A DNA stretch of 44,789 bases from Candidatus Aminicenantes bacterium (GTDB lineage Bacteria; Acidobacteriota; Aminicenantia; UBA2199): the NCBI GenBank assembly GCA_022865785.1, contig JALHTJ010000206.1, positions 1 to 44,789 of the forward strand. The letters run 5' to 3'. The notes beneath the pieces are model-generated. The model was not told where the DNA came from and ran no database searches. It saw only the letters and a list, made by a program, of their open reading frames with translations. Shown here in pieces: positions 1 to 10,545 of the stretch. Both the position numbers and the translations under genes were made by a program. Position 1 is the stretch's first letter, and each line of letters starts with the position of its first letter.

Positions 1-2057
1 GAAGCCAGCAGATCGGCACTGAGCCGTTTCCAGTAGTTGTTGTATTCGATGATGCCGCGGAAAAACAGGAAGCGGTTCACCTGGAAGGTGGTGCGGTTGC
101 GCCAGATCGTATAATCGTAGATCTTTTCGCCGTCGCTGGAACGGATAAAATCATAATAGCTGATCCCCAGGGAGGTGCTCAGCTTGTCGAAGGGCTGGAA
201 CAACAGATAAAGATCAGCGGTGACCCCGCGGCCCTGGAACGGCGACTCCGAATCGTAATAAATCCGGTTGGACCGGCGCAAACCGCCCTCGAGATAAAAC
301 TGCTTGAAAACCTGGGTGTAGCCGCGGACGCGCCAGCCGCTCAGGCTGAAACGCCGGTCGGCGAAGACCTCATTGCCCAGGATGGCGTCAAAACGGACCT
401 CCGATTGGCGCGGCATATTGAGACGCAGCACCAGGTGGTTGTAGGTTTCAAATAGATCGCTGGGTTTGTCCAGCAGGTGGTAGCTCCACCAGAAGGCGTC
501 GATTTTCTGGAAAAATTTGGATTTGGGATAGAAGGTGTACATGAATAAGGCCGGCGCCATGGTGATGCCGGTGCGGGTCACATAACCGGTATCGATGCGG
601 AAATCTTTACTCAGATCGAAAAAGCCCAGGTCCACGTTCCAGTGCCGGTTGCTGAAGTTGTAACGCAAACCCAGAGAGTGCCCCTGATTGCTTTCAGCGG
701 CGGCCATGACCCGGCTGAAAGACTTGAAAAAGCTGTATTCGAAATAGCTGGTGTTGTTCAACCGCCAGCGGCCGTCGATGCCGCCGACGCTGTTGCTTTC
801 ACCGGCGAAACTGCGATTGGTAAAAAAGCCGCCGGCATAGTTATCCTTGCCCATCTGCCGCTTGTAGCGCAGTATGGAGAACGAAGCGTTGCGGCCGGCC
901 AGTTCGGAGTCGCCTGCCTCGGCCGCCAGATCTCCGGGATATTCGTCGAGGGAAAAAATCCCGGAAAGCACATTCTGGCTGCCGATTTTACCGGTCAGCT
1001 TCAATCCCAGCAAGGGATCAACAATGGTGCGGGTGTAAACGATCGCTCCCACGGTATTGGCTTCCATGGCGGTAGCGAAAGCGAAATTTTCCATGCCTTC
1101 AAGAAAAAAAGGCCGTTTTTCGGAATAATAGATGGAATAACGCAAATTGACGTCGATCTGTCCGGCGTCGGTCTCGACCTGGCTGAAATCGGGATTGTAA
1201 GCCGCGTCCAGGGTCAGGTTTGAAGTGAGGCCCACCTTGCCGGTCAGGCTGAAATCGGTGTTTTTTCCGGTTGATTTCATTGCACCGTCGCTGTGGGTGC
1301 TGCCCTGGTCATAGGTCAGGGCCGGGATGAATTCCACCGGGCGCTCGAACTTGACATCAGTGAGTTCAATCTTCTGGGCCTGGGTCATTAAGGCCCCACC
1401 CTCGGGACTGAATGCCGGAAAGCTCGTCTGCTCGGATTTGCGGCCGATAAAGCGGGAGACCAGCAAGCCCATGGTGATTTTTTTCTTGAAGGGATAACGC
1501 AGGCTCTTGAAAGGCACGGCCATTTCGGCGCTGTAGCCCCGGCTGTTGATCCCCCCCTTGCTTTCCCAGATCGTGTCGAAACTGGCGTTGCCGTTGCCGT
1601 CGGAGTCGAGTCTGCCGTCCATTTGGATTCCCAGCGGGTTGACCTCGAACAGGTAGCCGCCCTGCTGGTCGCCAAAGGTGTCCAGGACCACGCCGATCCA
1701 ATCATCCATGTCGATGCCGTCACGTTTGGCCATCGCGGCTTTTATCTTGGAGGGTTCGCTGTCCTGGCAATCAAAGGCAAAGTAAATGTATTCCCGGTCA
1801 TAAGTCATCAGCACCGCGGTCTTTTCCGATGTCGGTTTGCCGAAATCCGGCTTGAAGGTGATGAAATTGTCGAACCTGGTGGCTTTCTGCCATACCGGGT
1901 CATCCAGTTTGCCGTCGATGACCGGAGGGCTGTCGGTTTTGTATATCACAACAGGATTGGCTGCTGCGGCAAGGTCAACGGCCTCATCAGCATGTAACAG
2001 CAGACCGCTGAACAAAAACAGACAAATGGCACCATTCAGGATCCATATGTTTCTCAT
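1..2057 (-). CDS. CBM9-like + DUF5916-type secreted/outer-membrane beta-rich protein; C-terminus cut by left window edge
   Basis: Absent from the ORF track because it has no stop in the window. I translated the - strand from ATG 2057-2055 (GGAGG 12 nt upstream); the frame is open to base 3 (685 codons), and no listed - ORF shares this frame. N-terminus MRNIWILNGAICLFLFSGLLLHA looks like a signal peptide. PVIDGKLDDPVWQKA...YIYFAFDC is the carbohydrate-binding-family-9-like signature that precedes DUF5916 domains. Confidence 0.75.
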   Translation of the reverse strand, partial: MRNIWILNGAICLFLFSGLLLHADEAVDLAAAANPVVIYKTDSPPVIDGKLDDPVWQKATRFDNFITFKPDFGKPTSEKTAVLMTYDREYIYFAFDCQDSEPSKIKAAMAKRDGIDMDDWIGVVLDTFGDQQGGYLFEVNPLGIQMDGRLDSDGNGNASFDTIWESKGGINSRGYSAEMAVPFKSLRYPFKKKITMGLLVSRFIGRKSEQTSFPAFSPEGGALMTQAQKIELTDVKFERPVEFIPALTYDQGSTHSDGAMKSTGKNTDFSLTGKVGLTSNLTLDAAYNPDFSQVETDAGQIDVNLRYSIYYSEKRPFFLEGMENFAFATAMEANTVGAIVYTRTIVDPLLGLKLTGKIGSQNVLSGIFSLDEYPGDLAAEAGDSELAGRNASFSILRYKRQMGKDNYAGGFFTNRSFAGESNSVGGIDGRWRLNNTSYFEYSFFKSFSRVMAAAESNQGHSLGLRYNFSNRHWNVDLGFFDLSKDFRIDTGYVTRTGITMAPALFMYTFYPKSKFFQKIDAFWWSYHLLDKPSDLFETYNHLVLRLNMPRQSEVRFDAILGNEVFADRRFSLSGWRVRGYTQVFKQFYLEGGLRRSNRIYYDSESPFQGRGVTADLYLLFQPFDKLSTSLGISYYDFIRSSDGEKIYDYTIWRNRTTFQVNRFLFFRGIIEYNNYWKRLSADLLA

Positions 2058-2190
2058 TTTCACAGTATACCTCCAGCAAGGATTTACCATTGCTTCAGAT
2101 ATAGTAAACGATATCAACCGCAGGAATGTTGCATGCAATAAATTTCTGGCTGAATTTAGTGCCGACCGACCGCGGCCTTCCTTCACGTAT

Positions 2191-3210
2191 TCAAAACAAT
2201 CGTTTTTGCGGGGGCGGCAATTTTTTTTTAAAATAACGGAAAGCTTTTTCTGTGGCCAAACGGCCGCGCGAGGTGATCTGCAGGAACCCTTCCTGGATCA
2301 GGTAGGGCTCGTAGATGTCCTCGATAGTGTTCTTCTCCTCCTGCACCGAGGTGGACAGCGTTGTGATGCCCACTGGGCCGCCATGGAAATTGTCGATGAT
2401 GGTCAAAAGGATTTTGCGGTCCACCTCGTCAAAACCGGCTTCGTCAACTTCCAAGGCCTGGAACGCATACTCGGCAACAGCCAGGTCAATGACCGTCTTA
2501 CCCTGAATTTGGGCAAAATCGCGCAAACGGCGCAGCAGCCGATTGGCAATGCGCGGCGTGCCGCGTGATCTCCGGGCCACAGCCGTGGTCGCTGCGGCAT
2601 CGATGCGGATACCGAGGATGGCGGCGCTGCGGCGGATGATCTCGGACAAATCGTCATGGTTATAAAAATCGAGGTGGAAAGTGATACCAAAACGGTTGCG
2701 CAGCGGATTGGAGAGGAGACCGGCCCGGGTGGTAGCGCCAACCAATGTGAAGGGTTTGATATCCAAGGATAAGATTTTAGCTCCCGGCCCCTGGCCGATC
2801 AATATATCGATTTTAAAATCTTCCATGGCCTTGTAGAGAACTTCCTCCAAAGCCGTGCGCAGGCGGTGAATCTCGTCGATGAACAACACTTCGTACATTT
2901 CCATATCGCTCAGGATGGCGATAATATCGCCTTTCTTTTCCAGGACCGGGCCCGAAGTGCATTTGATCCCCGCCCCCATTTCGGCGGCCGCGATATGGGC
3001 CAGAGTGGTTTTGCCCAAGCCGGGCGGACCGTGCAGCAGCACATGATCGAGCGCTTCGCCGCGCTGGCGCGCCCCCTTGATATAGGTTTTCAAATTGGCT
3101 ATTTTCTGTTCCTGGCCGACAAATTCCCGCAGCAGGGCCGGACGCAGGTTCTGTTCAAGCCCGATTTCGTCGCTTTTTTCAACCGGGTTGGTGATGTTTT
3201 CCGGATTCAT
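2191..3210 (-). CDS. ruvB: Holliday junction branch migration DNA helicase RuvB
   Basis: 339 aa. Walker [10 protein letters not shown] and Walker B FIDEIHRL, with full-length RuvB-like sequence. The start overlaps the ruvA stop as ATGA (3207-3210). Confidence 0.97.
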   Translation of the reverse strand: MNPENITNPVEKSDEIGLEQNLRPALLREFVGQEQKIANLKTYIKGARQRGEALDHVLLHGPPGLGKTTLAHIAAAEMGAGIKCTSGPVLEKKGDIIAILSDMEMYEVLFIDEIHRLRTALEEVLYKAMEDFKIDILIGQGPGAKILSLDIKPFTLVGATTRAGLLSNPLRNRFGITFHLDFYNHDDLSEIIRRSAAILGIRIDAAATTAVARRSRGTPRIANRLLRRLRDFAQIQGKTVIDLAVAEYAFQALEVDEAGFDEVDRKILLTIIDNFHGGPVGITTLSTSVQEEKNTIEDIYEPYLIQEGFLQITSRGRLATEKAFRYFKKKLPPPQKRLF

Positions 3211-3788
3211 GACTTCATCTTTTTCATGATAATTTTGAAGAGTTCTTCAAAACCGGCCGTGGGCGGATTTTCTTTCAATATGCGGTTGACGGTTTCCCTG
3301 GCGCCCTTGAGCGGGTAACCAAGATTGGCCAGGCCGGATATCAGGTCGGAGCGCAGCTGGGCGTTGGCATCCGGAATTTCATTTTGGAATTCGAGCTTTC
3401 CGGTCAATTCCAGGATGAGACGCTGAGCTGATTTCTTGCCGATACCAGGTATGGAACTGATCCCGGCCACATCGGCACCGGCGATGGCGGCGATCCATTC
3501 GTCTGCGGCCATGGCCGAAATGCAGGACATGGCGATTTTGGGACCGATGCCAGAAACTGAAATCAACTTTTCAAAAAGGGCTTTTTCCCTGGACTGCGGG
3601 AAACCATAGAGCACCACATCCTCATCCTTTATTTTTAAAATCGTGTGCAAAATAACATCCTGGTTTTCCCGCAACTGCGGATAAGCTGAAACCGGGACAA
3701 CAAGCTGCAGGATGATCCCGGCTCCGGTATCGACAGCGACCATTCCGGGCGCGGAGGTGAAGATTTTGCCACGCACAATCGCGATCAT
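3207..3788 (-). CDS. ruvA: Holliday junction DNA-binding protein RuvA
   Basis: The ORF track gives 3207..3809. I prefer ATG at 3788 (MIAIVRGKI..., the typical RuvA N-terminus), which shares one base with the ruvC stop (TGATG). Helix-hairpin-helix motifs GIGPK and GIGKK are present. Confidence 0.9.
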   Translation of the reverse strand: MIAIVRGKIFTSAPGMVAVDTGAGIILQLVVPVSAYPQLRENQDVILHTILKIKDEDVVLYGFPQSREKALFEKLISVSGIGPKIAMSCISAMAADEWIAAIAGADVAGISSIPGIGKKSAQRLILELTGKLEFQNEIPDANAQLRSDLISGLANLGYPLKGARETVNRILKENPPTAGFEELFKIIMKKMKS

Positions 3789-4252
3789 CAGCGGCTCACC
3801 CCATGGCAATAGGCCACGGCCAGGGCGTCACTTTCATCCATACCGAGTTTTCTGCCCTTGATATTCAGGACCAGGGCTGCCATTTTTGCCACTTGCTCCT
3901 TGTCGGCGTTGCCGTAGCCGGTCAGGGCCAGCTTAATTTGCCGCGGCGCGTACAAGCTCAACGGCAGGCGCCGGTTAAGCAACGCGGCCATGGCCACACC
4001 GCGCACCATGGACAGCAGAGACATGGAACGGATATTTTCCCCGAGAAACCCCTCCTCCATGGCGGCCTGATCCACGGGAAAAGCGGCGGTCAGCTTTTCC
4101 AAGCGGTCCCAAAGCTCCTGCATACGCAAAACAAAATCCTTGTCCTTCAGTTTGATGGTTTCGGAATGGATATGGGCAAAATGCCCTTTCTCTTTTCTCA
4201 GGATGCCTATGCCGAAGCTTAGCGAACCGGGATCCAAACCCAGAATCAGCAT
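3788..4252 (-). CDS. ruvC: Crossover junction endodeoxyribonuclease RuvC
   Basis: 154 aa. [11 protein letters not shown]-terminus with the catalytic Asp, and a C-terminal ESDALAVA motif typical of RuvC. The start shares one base with the yebC stop (TAATG). Confidence 0.93.
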   Translation of the reverse strand: MLILGLDPGSLSFGIGILRKEKGHFAHIHSETIKLKDKDFVLRMQELWDRLEKLTAAFPVDQAAMEEGFLGENIRSMSLLSMVRGVAMAALLNRRLPLSLYAPRQIKLALTGYGNADKEQVAKMAALVLNIKGRKLGMDESDALAVAYCHGVSR

Positions 4253-5004
4253 TATCCCTGGTTGAATTTTTCTATATCCTCATCCGCAATGTCAAAATTG
4301 GCCCAGACATTCTGGATGTCATCCAGTTCTTCCAGCTTATCGTACAGTTTGAGCATCTGCTCGGCCTGTTTGCCATCCAGCTTGATGTAGGTGGAAGGAA
4401 CCTTGGAAATTTCGGCTGATTCAATGACGATATTCTTGGCTTTCAGGGCATCTTGGACCTTGTCGAAATCCTCGGTTAAGGTGGTGATCTCATAGAAATT
4501 CCCTTCCTTGACCATGTCCTCGCCGCCGCTCTCCAAAACGATCTCCATCAATTCATCTTCGCCGCTGGCCGATTGCGGAACCAGGATCACGCCTTTGCGC
4601 GCGAACATCCAGGAGACACAGCCCTGCTCGCCCAAATTGCCGTTGTATTTGCTGAATACGTGGCGCACCTCGGAAACCGTGCGGTTTTTGTTGTCGGTCA
4701 TGGCCTCGGCCAGAATAGCTACACCCCCGGGACCGTACCCCTCGTAGCCGATCTCCTCATAATTAACCCCTTCCAACTCACCGGTGCCGCGCTGGATGGC
4801 CTTCTTGATATTGTCACTGGGCATATTGACCGCCTTGGCTCCATCAATGGCATGGCGCAAGCGCGCATTGGATTCCGGATCGCCGCCACCGGCACGGGCG
4901 GCAATGGTCAATTCCCGAATGAAGCGGGTAAATATTTTACCTCTTTTAGCATCGGTTGCGGCTTTCTTATGTTTAATCGAACTCCATTTTGAATGGCCTG
5001 ACAT
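4252..5004 (-). CDS. yebC: YebC/PmpR-family probable transcriptional regulator
   Basis: [25 protein letters not shown] is the hallmark N-terminus. ATG at 5004 is preceded by AAGGAG. The 49-codon upstream extension in the ORF track (to 5151) overlaps the MBL gene and is Gly/Arg/Pro-rich. Confidence 0.92.
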   Translation of the reverse strand: MSGHSKWSSIKHKKAATDAKRGKIFTRFIRELTIAARAGGGDPESNARLRHAIDGAKAVNMPSDNIKKAIQRGTGELEGVNYEEIGYEGYGPGGVAILAEAMTDNKNRTVSEVRHVFSKYNGNLGEQGCVSWMFARKGVILVPQSASGEDELMEIVLESGGEDMVKEGNFYEITTLTEDFDKVQDALKAKNIVIESAEISKVPSTYIKLDGKQAEQMLKLYDKLEELDDIQNVWANFDIADEDIEKFNQG

Positions 5005-5006
5005 GG

Positions 5007-5867
5007 TTATCTCCTTAATTTTATTTTTTTTGATTCCTGGGCCAGATTGGTGTTCTTGAATTTGCCTCGGGCCTGAGCCAGCATCTTTTCCAGCATGGAA
5101 TCGGAATACTTGGGATCGAAATGGAATAGGAACAGCCGTTTGACCCCGCATTTTTCAGCGTTGCGCGCCGCCATGGAGACCGTGCTGTGGCCAAAGCCTT
5201 TTCTGGGGTTGGCGCTGGCAAAATATTCACGGTCGAAATACTGCGAATCGTGGATCAGCAAGTCGGCCCCGGCAATGAAAGCGCTGATGCGCTCATCAAA
5301 CCCGTCGGGGCTTTCGACGTCGGTGGCATAGACCAGGCACCGACCTCCATGGGTGATCCGGTAAATAAACACGCCCAGAAGCGGGTGCGAATTATGCAGG
5401 ACATAGGAGACTTCGATGTCATTTTCCAAGCGGACGGCAATGGCTTCCGGCCCGGCGGCCAGCGGGCGAAAACTGAGTCGGGCTTTGATGCCCTGCAGGG
5501 TGATCGGCGAATAAGGCGGCAGGAAAAGCGCTTCAAGCACTTGGCGGGAATTGATCCCTGGAATATCCGGGCAATGAATGACGATCTCGGCTCCGGGATT
5601 GAACATGGGGGCGAAAAAAGGCAGGCCCATGATATGATCGCTATGCAAGTGGGTCAGAAAGATGTGGACCTTTTGTCCCGCTCGCAACCGGCTGTTCAGG
5701 TAGCGCCCTGACTGGATAATGCCGGTACCGGCGTCGAAAATGACCGGTTGGCCGCCGATTTCAAGCAACAGAGAAGAGGTGTTGCCGCCGTAGCGCTGCG
5801 TATTTTTGCCGGGAACGGGGTAACTGCCGCGCACGCCGAAAAATGTCAGGGAAAATTCGTCTTTCAT
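5007..5867 (-). CDS. MBL-fold metallo-hydrolase, specific function unknown
   Basis: HLHSDHIMG is an HxHxDH metal-binding motif. I take the start at ATG 5867 ([15 protein letters not shown]), which overlaps the thiC stop as ATGA. The ORF track start at 5900 lies inside thiC. Confidence 0.8.
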   Translation of the reverse strand: MKDEFSLTFFGVRGSYPVPGKNTQRYGGNTSSLLLEIGGQPVIFDAGTGIIQSGRYLNSRLRAGQKVHIFLTHLHSDHIMGLPFFAPMFNPGAEIVIHCPDIPGINSRQVLEALFLPPYSPITLQGIKARLSFRPLAAGPEAIAVRLENDIEVSYVLHNSHPLLGVFIYRITHGGRCLVYATDVESPDGFDERISAFIAGADLLIHDSQYFDREYFASANPRKGFGHSTVSMAARNAEKCGVKRLFLFHFDPKYSDSMLEKMLAQARGKFKNTNLAQESKKIKLRR

Positions 5868-7144
5868 AATTGATAGTTTTCCAGGACTTTGTATACGCAA
5901 AATTCACCGCACATGGAACAGGCATCGGTTCGCGATCCGCGCCTCTCCCTGACTTGTTTGAATTTTTCGGGATCGATACACAACTTTTCCTGCTCGGACC
6001 AATCCAGGCGACGACGCGCGTCGGCCATGCGCCGGTCCCAGTCCAGGGCGCCGCTCAAACCCTTGGCGATATCGGCGACATGGGCGGCAATGCGCGAAGC
6101 CATGATCCCTTCGCGGACATCCTGCTCTGCGGGCAGGCCCAGGTGTTCGGCCGGCGTGACATAACACAAAAAATCGGCGCCGGCGGCGCCGGCCACGGCG
6201 CTGCCGATGGCGGCCGTGATGTGGTCATAGCCGGGGGCCACGTCGGTGACCACCGGGCCCAGGACATAGAAGGGCGCGCCGGCACAAACCTCTTTCTGCA
6301 GGTGGATGTTCATCTTGACCTGCTGGAGAGGCAAATGCCCGGGACCTTCGACCATGACCTGCACCCCGGCCCGGCGCGAACGCTGAACCAACTCGCCCAG
6401 GGTCAACAGCTCTTCAAGCTGGGCCCAGTCGCTGCCGTCGGCCAGGGCGCCCGGCCGCAGCCCGTCGCCTAATGAGAGGGTGACATCGAATTCGCGGGCG
6501 ATTGTCAGCAATTGGTCGAAGTGCTCGAAGAACGGATTTTCTTTTTTGTTGTGCAACATCCAGCCGGTCAGCATGGAACCGCCGCGAGAAACGATGCCGG
6601 CCAGGCGCGGCTTTTTTTTCAGTTTTTCAATGGCCTTCAGGGTTAAACCGGCGTGGATGGTCATGAAATCCACCCCGTCCTCGGCCTGGCGGCGGATATA
6701 TTCGAGCATCTGCGGGATTTCCAGGGAAACAAACGTCTTGCCCTGGCGCGGAGCCTCGACCATCATTTCGTAGACCGGCACATTGCCGAAGGGAATGGAT
6801 GACTGAGCCAGCAGGGCGCGGCGGATGGCGGTGACATCGCCGCCGGTGCTCAGGTCCATCACCGTGTCACAGCCGCAGCTTAGAACCATCTGCAGTTTGC
6901 GCACTTCATCATCAAGCTTGCTGAAATCACCGGAAGTGCCGATATTGGCGTTGATCTTGGTTCTCAAACCCTTGCCGATGCCGATGGGCTGCAGGTTCTT
7001 GTGGTTACGGTTGGCAGGGATTACAACCAGTCCGGAAGCGACAGCGGCCAGCAGCTCACCGCTGTCCAGTGATTCCCTGACTGCGACTGCCTTCATTTCC
7101 GCAGTGATGGTTCCTTTCCTGGCGTTTTCAAGTTGCGTCATCAT
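5864..7144 (-). CDS. thiC: Phosphomethylpyrimidine synthase ThiC (short form)
   Basis: 426 aa, ThiC-like along its full length (NIGTS..., MVEGPGH, DHITAAIG) with a C-terminal Cys cluster CSMCGEFC. Confidence 0.95.
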   Translation of the reverse strand: MMTQLENARKGTITAEMKAVAVRESLDSGELLAAVASGLVVIPANRNHKNLQPIGIGKGLRTKINANIGTSGDFSKLDDEVRKLQMVLSCGCDTVMDLSTGGDVTAIRRALLAQSSIPFGNVPVYEMMVEAPRQGKTFVSLEIPQMLEYIRRQAEDGVDFMTIHAGLTLKAIEKLKKKPRLAGIVSRGGSMLTGWMLHNKKENPFFEHFDQLLTIAREFDVTLSLGDGLRPGALADGSDWAQLEELLTLGELVQRSRRAGVQVMVEGPGHLPLQQVKMNIHLQKEVCAGAPFYVLGPVVTDVAPGYDHITAAIGSAVAGAAGADFLCYVTPAEHLGLPAEQDVREGIMASRIAAHVADIAKGLSGALDWDRRMADARRRLDWSEQEKLCIDPEKFKQVRERRGSRTDACSMCGEFCVYKVLENYQL

Positions 7145-7242
7145 TCCTCGCTGTCAATATTATATTATTTTCAATTGCAAATCAAGCGAAACCGGCCGGC
7201 GAGGCCGCGGCATTTATGCTATAATCATCTAAAAGAAACTCC

Positions 7243-10200
7243 ATGGAAAAATCCATTTTAAAACTCGAAGCCTCGGCCGGTTCGGGAAAAACCTACCGCC
7301 TGGCCCTGGAATATCTCGGCCGCCTGCTGCTGACATTCGCCGGATCGAGCAAAAAAGCGAAGGACCAGAGGCAACAAAGAGAATCCCTGGGCTCTATCCT
7401 GGCCATCACCTTCACTGTCAAGGCCGCCCAGGAGATGAAGGGGCGCATCGTGGAAAAATTGAAACGCTTCGCTCTCAGTTCAATGGGGCAGGACCTGGAC
7501 AGGGAAAACAGGGAGTTTCTCGACTTGCTGGCCAGGGAGACCAAGCTTGCTCCCGAAAAGATCATCGAGCTTTGCGGCGAACTGATCGAACTGATCCTGG
7601 CCAGCTACGACGACTTCAACGTCACGACCATCGACTCGCTGATGAGCGCCATGGTCAAGGCTATCTCCCCCGACCTGGACCTGCCCGCTGATTACGAGAT
7701 CGCCATCGACACCCGCGACGAGCTTGAGACCCGGAGCCGCGCCCTGCTCGCCGACATGGCCGACAACCAATGGCAGCGACTCATACAAACCCTGGGGGAT
7801 TTTAAAAAGTTCGATGCCTACTCCGGCTGGAAAACCGACGAAGCGCTGGCCGAAAAACTCATCAAGCTCTTCCACCTTGACCTGCGGGAGGGAATCAACT
7901 TGGGAGGCGAATCCAGGGAAGACCGGAAAAAACTGTTCTGCACTCACAGTGAAGATTTTAAAATTAATCTGGAAAATCTCCTGGATATTTTGAGCCAAAG
8001 GAGCGAGCATGCCAACAACAGGGTCGTAAACAGCAAGCTGCTGGAAAGCGTGGCCGCTTTTTCCTGGAATGAAGATAATCTTTTCAAACTGGAAAAATTG
8101 CTCGAAAAATCATTTTTCATAAAATCGCATCCCGGCGAGTTACTGAAAAAAAGCAACGTCCCTGCTGAATTCGCTGAAGAAGTGGGGGCCGCTTTCGAGC
8201 GGATGCGTTCTCCCTTACAGGCCCTGGTCTTTGATATCAGCACTTTAAAAACCCAACCCTATCGCGAGTTTTTCCCCGATTTCACCAGGGCCTGGAATGA
8301 AAACAAGCATACCCTGTTCGTCGAAGAATTCAGCCGAACCCTGGCCGGGCGTTTCAGCGAATGGGGAAAGACAGGCATCCCCTATCTCTACCTGAAAATG
8401 TCTGACCATTTCCTCCACTTCCTGTTCGATGAGTTCCAGGACACCTCGATCCTGCAGTTCAAGGCCCTCTCCCCACTCATCGACGAGGTGCTGTCCAGGC
8501 GGGAGCGGGGCTCGCTTTTCATAGTCGGCGACCGCAAGCAGGCCATTTACCGCTGGCGGGGCGGCAATACCGGGCTCATGGAGGAGGAGGCGCTGAAAGA
8601 GGAAATTCCTGCCATCAACAACCTGTCGCCGGGAAATTTCTCAGAAACCCTGGACATGAATTGGCGCAGCCGAGAAGAGATTGTCAAATTCAATAATATG
8701 TTCTGGGCAGCGGAATCGATCTCGCTGATCACAATGGATAACGATCTCCAGCAAGCGATCGCCGCCAATTTCGCCGACTCCCGGCAAGACCGCCCCAAGG
8801 ACGGGCATAGGGCGGGCGGCTACGTGGAGTTGTCGCTGAGCGAAGAGAGGCAGGCAGCCGCAGGCAACGGTCCCAAGGACGCTGGCGATGGTGGTGAGGG
8901 CGGCGTTGCCGTTAGCAGCCGGCAGCTGGGAGAGATCACGGCGATCATCGGCCGGCTGCGTGAGCATGGGTACGAATATTCCGCCATCGCCGTCCTGGTG
9001 CGCAAGAACGTCCAGGTCCGCGATATTGTCCGCCACCTCGGCCGGGAAAGGATTCCCACAATTTCCGACCAATCGCTGATGCTGGATTCCAATCCCAGGA
9101 TCAACGAGATTATCGCTTTTTTTAAATTCATGGAGTATCCTCCCGACGATCTGAATTTCCACGCCTTTGTCAACGGCATGATCTTCCAGGCCGAGGCTAA
9201 AAAAAGGTTCCCCGAAGAAACGGCTGACTTTTCCGAGGAAATATTTATCGGCCGCCCGGGACCAGCCTACAAGCGCTTTCAGGAGCGGTTGCCTGCCGCT
9301 TGGCAAGGTCTGATCGAACCGTTTTTCCAGGCCGTGGGCTTCCTGCCGCCCTACGACCTTTTTTCCGATATCTGCCAGGTGTTTCGCCTATATGAAAATT
9401 TTCCTGGCGACACTCCGTTCTTCATGGCTCTGGGGGACACCCTGCACGCTGCCGAGCTCCTGCAAGGCAACTCCATCGCCGGCTTCCTCCACAGTTGGGA
9501 CAAAATGGTTAAAAACAAGGAGTCCCCCGCCGTAGCCATCCCTGAAAATTCCCCTGGCGTCCGCGTCCTGACCATGCACCAGTCCAAGGGGTTGGAATTT
9601 GCGGCCGTTATCATCCCGGTCAATGAAAGCGCTGAAATTAGTCCTGGCGCGCTGCACTGGGACGATGGGAAACCGTTCCATATCACGAATCCCATCGCCC
9701 AAATACAGGATGAGTTGAAGGGAATTCTCTGTAGGGAGAACATCAGGGGAACGATCGACCTGCTCAACCTCCTTTACGTGGCCTTTACCCGGGCCAGGGA
9801 AGCCCTGTTCATCCAGGTCGCGGTCAACACAAGGCCGGGGGCGCCGACCGCGGAGAGAAGCGGTCTGGTCAAGCGGATTGCCAAAGCGAGCGATATCGTC
9901 TGCCGCCATCCACTGCTGGGCTGGTTCGATGAAAAACCGCATGGCCCTTTCAGCCGCGGCGAACTTAAGGGAGCTGAGAAGAGTCAGGTAAAGGAAATAG
10001 TGCCCGTAGCAGTCTTTTCCAAAAAAGTAATGACCCGTTCCTGGCAGGCCGATTACCTGGTTTTCAAAGAAACCCGCGGCGGGGAACAATGCGACCGTCG
10101 GGGAAGCGAACGTGGCGATCGCTTCCACGGCCTCCTCTCGCGCCTCGGTACCATTTCCGATCCCAGGCAGTTAGCCGCCCGAGTGCAAGAGATGGCCGAG

Positions 10201-10545
10201 GCCGAACAATGGCCCGTACATGACATCGTTGCGCTCAGCGGGTTTTTATGCAGCGAAGCGGTTTTTCCGCTGCTGACCTTCGGCCGCGAATTTTCAAGTG
10301 AAAAAGAGCTGGTCGATAATTCCGGCCCAAAACCCGATCTCCTGCGCCTCGACCGCCTGCAGGTCGGCCCTGAAGAAGTCCTGGTCATCGATTTCAAGAC
10401 CGGGAAGGAAAGGAACACTGACCACGTTTCCCAGATGCGGAAATATCTGGTCGTCGTGGCACCCCTCTTCCCCGGGAAAAAATGCTCCGGCCGGCTGCTT
10501 TACATCGACCGCGGCGAAGTGGCGGAGGTACCATGCTCGAGCTGA
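7243..10545 (+). CDS. addA: AddA/RecB-type ATP-dependent helicase-nuclease (UvrD-like SF1 helicase + PD-(D/E)XK nuclease)
   Basis: 1100 aa. Helicase motifs ASAGSGKT, FDEFQDTS, VGDRKQAIYRWRGG, TMHQSKGLEF and YVAFTRAR. C-terminal nuclease motifs VIDFKTGK and QMRKY. Confidence 0.8.
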   Translation: MEKSILKLEASAGSGKTYRLALEYLGRLLLTFAGSSKKAKDQRQQRESLGSILAITFTVKAAQEMKGRIVEKLKRFALSSMGQDLDRENREFLDLLARETKLAPEKIIELCGELIELILASYDDFNVTTIDSLMSAMVKAISPDLDLPADYEIAIDTRDELETRSRALLADMADNQWQRLIQTLGDFKKFDAYSGWKTDEALAEKLIKLFHLDLREGINLGGESREDRKKLFCTHSEDFKINLENLLDILSQRSEHANNRVVNSKLLESVAAFSWNEDNLFKLEKLLEKSFFIKSHPGELLKKSNVPAEFAEEVGAAFERMRSPLQALVFDISTLKTQPYREFFPDFTRAWNENKHTLFVEEFSRTLAGRFSEWGKTGIPYLYLKMSDHFLHFLFDEFQDTSILQFKALSPLIDEVLSRRERGSLFIVGDRKQAIYRWRGGNTGLMEEEALKEEIPAINNLSPGNFSETLDMNWRSREEIVKFNNMFWAAESISLITMDNDLQQAIAANFADSRQDRPKDGHRAGGYVELSLSEERQAAAGNGPKDAGDGGEGGVAVSSRQLGEITAIIGRLREHGYEYSAIAVLVRKNVQVRDIVRHLGRERIPTISDQSLMLDSNPRINEIIAFFKFMEYPPDDLNFHAFVNGMIFQAEAKKRFPEETADFSEEIFIGRPGPAYKRFQERLPAAWQGLIEPFFQAVGFLPPYDLFSDICQVFRLYENFPGDTPFFMALGDTLHAAELLQGNSIAGFLHSWDKMVKNKESPAVAIPENSPGVRVLTMHQSKGLEFAAVIIPVNESAEISPGALHWDDGKPFHITNPIAQIQDELKGILCRENIRGTIDLLNLLYVAFTRAREALFIQVAVNTRPGAPTAERSGLVKRIAKASDIVCRHPLLGWFDEKPHGPFSRGELKGAEKSQVKEIVPVAVFSKKVMTRSWQADYLVFKETRGGEQCDRRGSERGDRFHGLLSRLGTISDPRQLAARVQEMAEAEQWPVHDIVALSGFLCSEAVFPLLTFGREFSSEKELVDNSGPKPDLLRLDRLQVGPEEVLVIDFKTGKERNTDHVSQMRKYLVVVAPLFPGKKCSGRLLYIDRGEVAEVPCSS

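Noticed and set aside
5005-5151. N-terminal extensions offered by the ORF track: yebC to 5151, pcm to 31160, ruvA to 3809, addB from 10482, the LolA-like gene to 37238, MBL to 5900, the lipoprotein to 24335 and the RRM protein to 17832.
   Set aside because: The extensions overlap the upstream gene and are Arg/Gly/Pro-rich or otherwise non-homologous. In each case an internal ATG gives the canonical family N-terminus or signal peptide. Most of these ATGs also have a GGAGG/AAGGAG box or an ATGA/TGATG junction.
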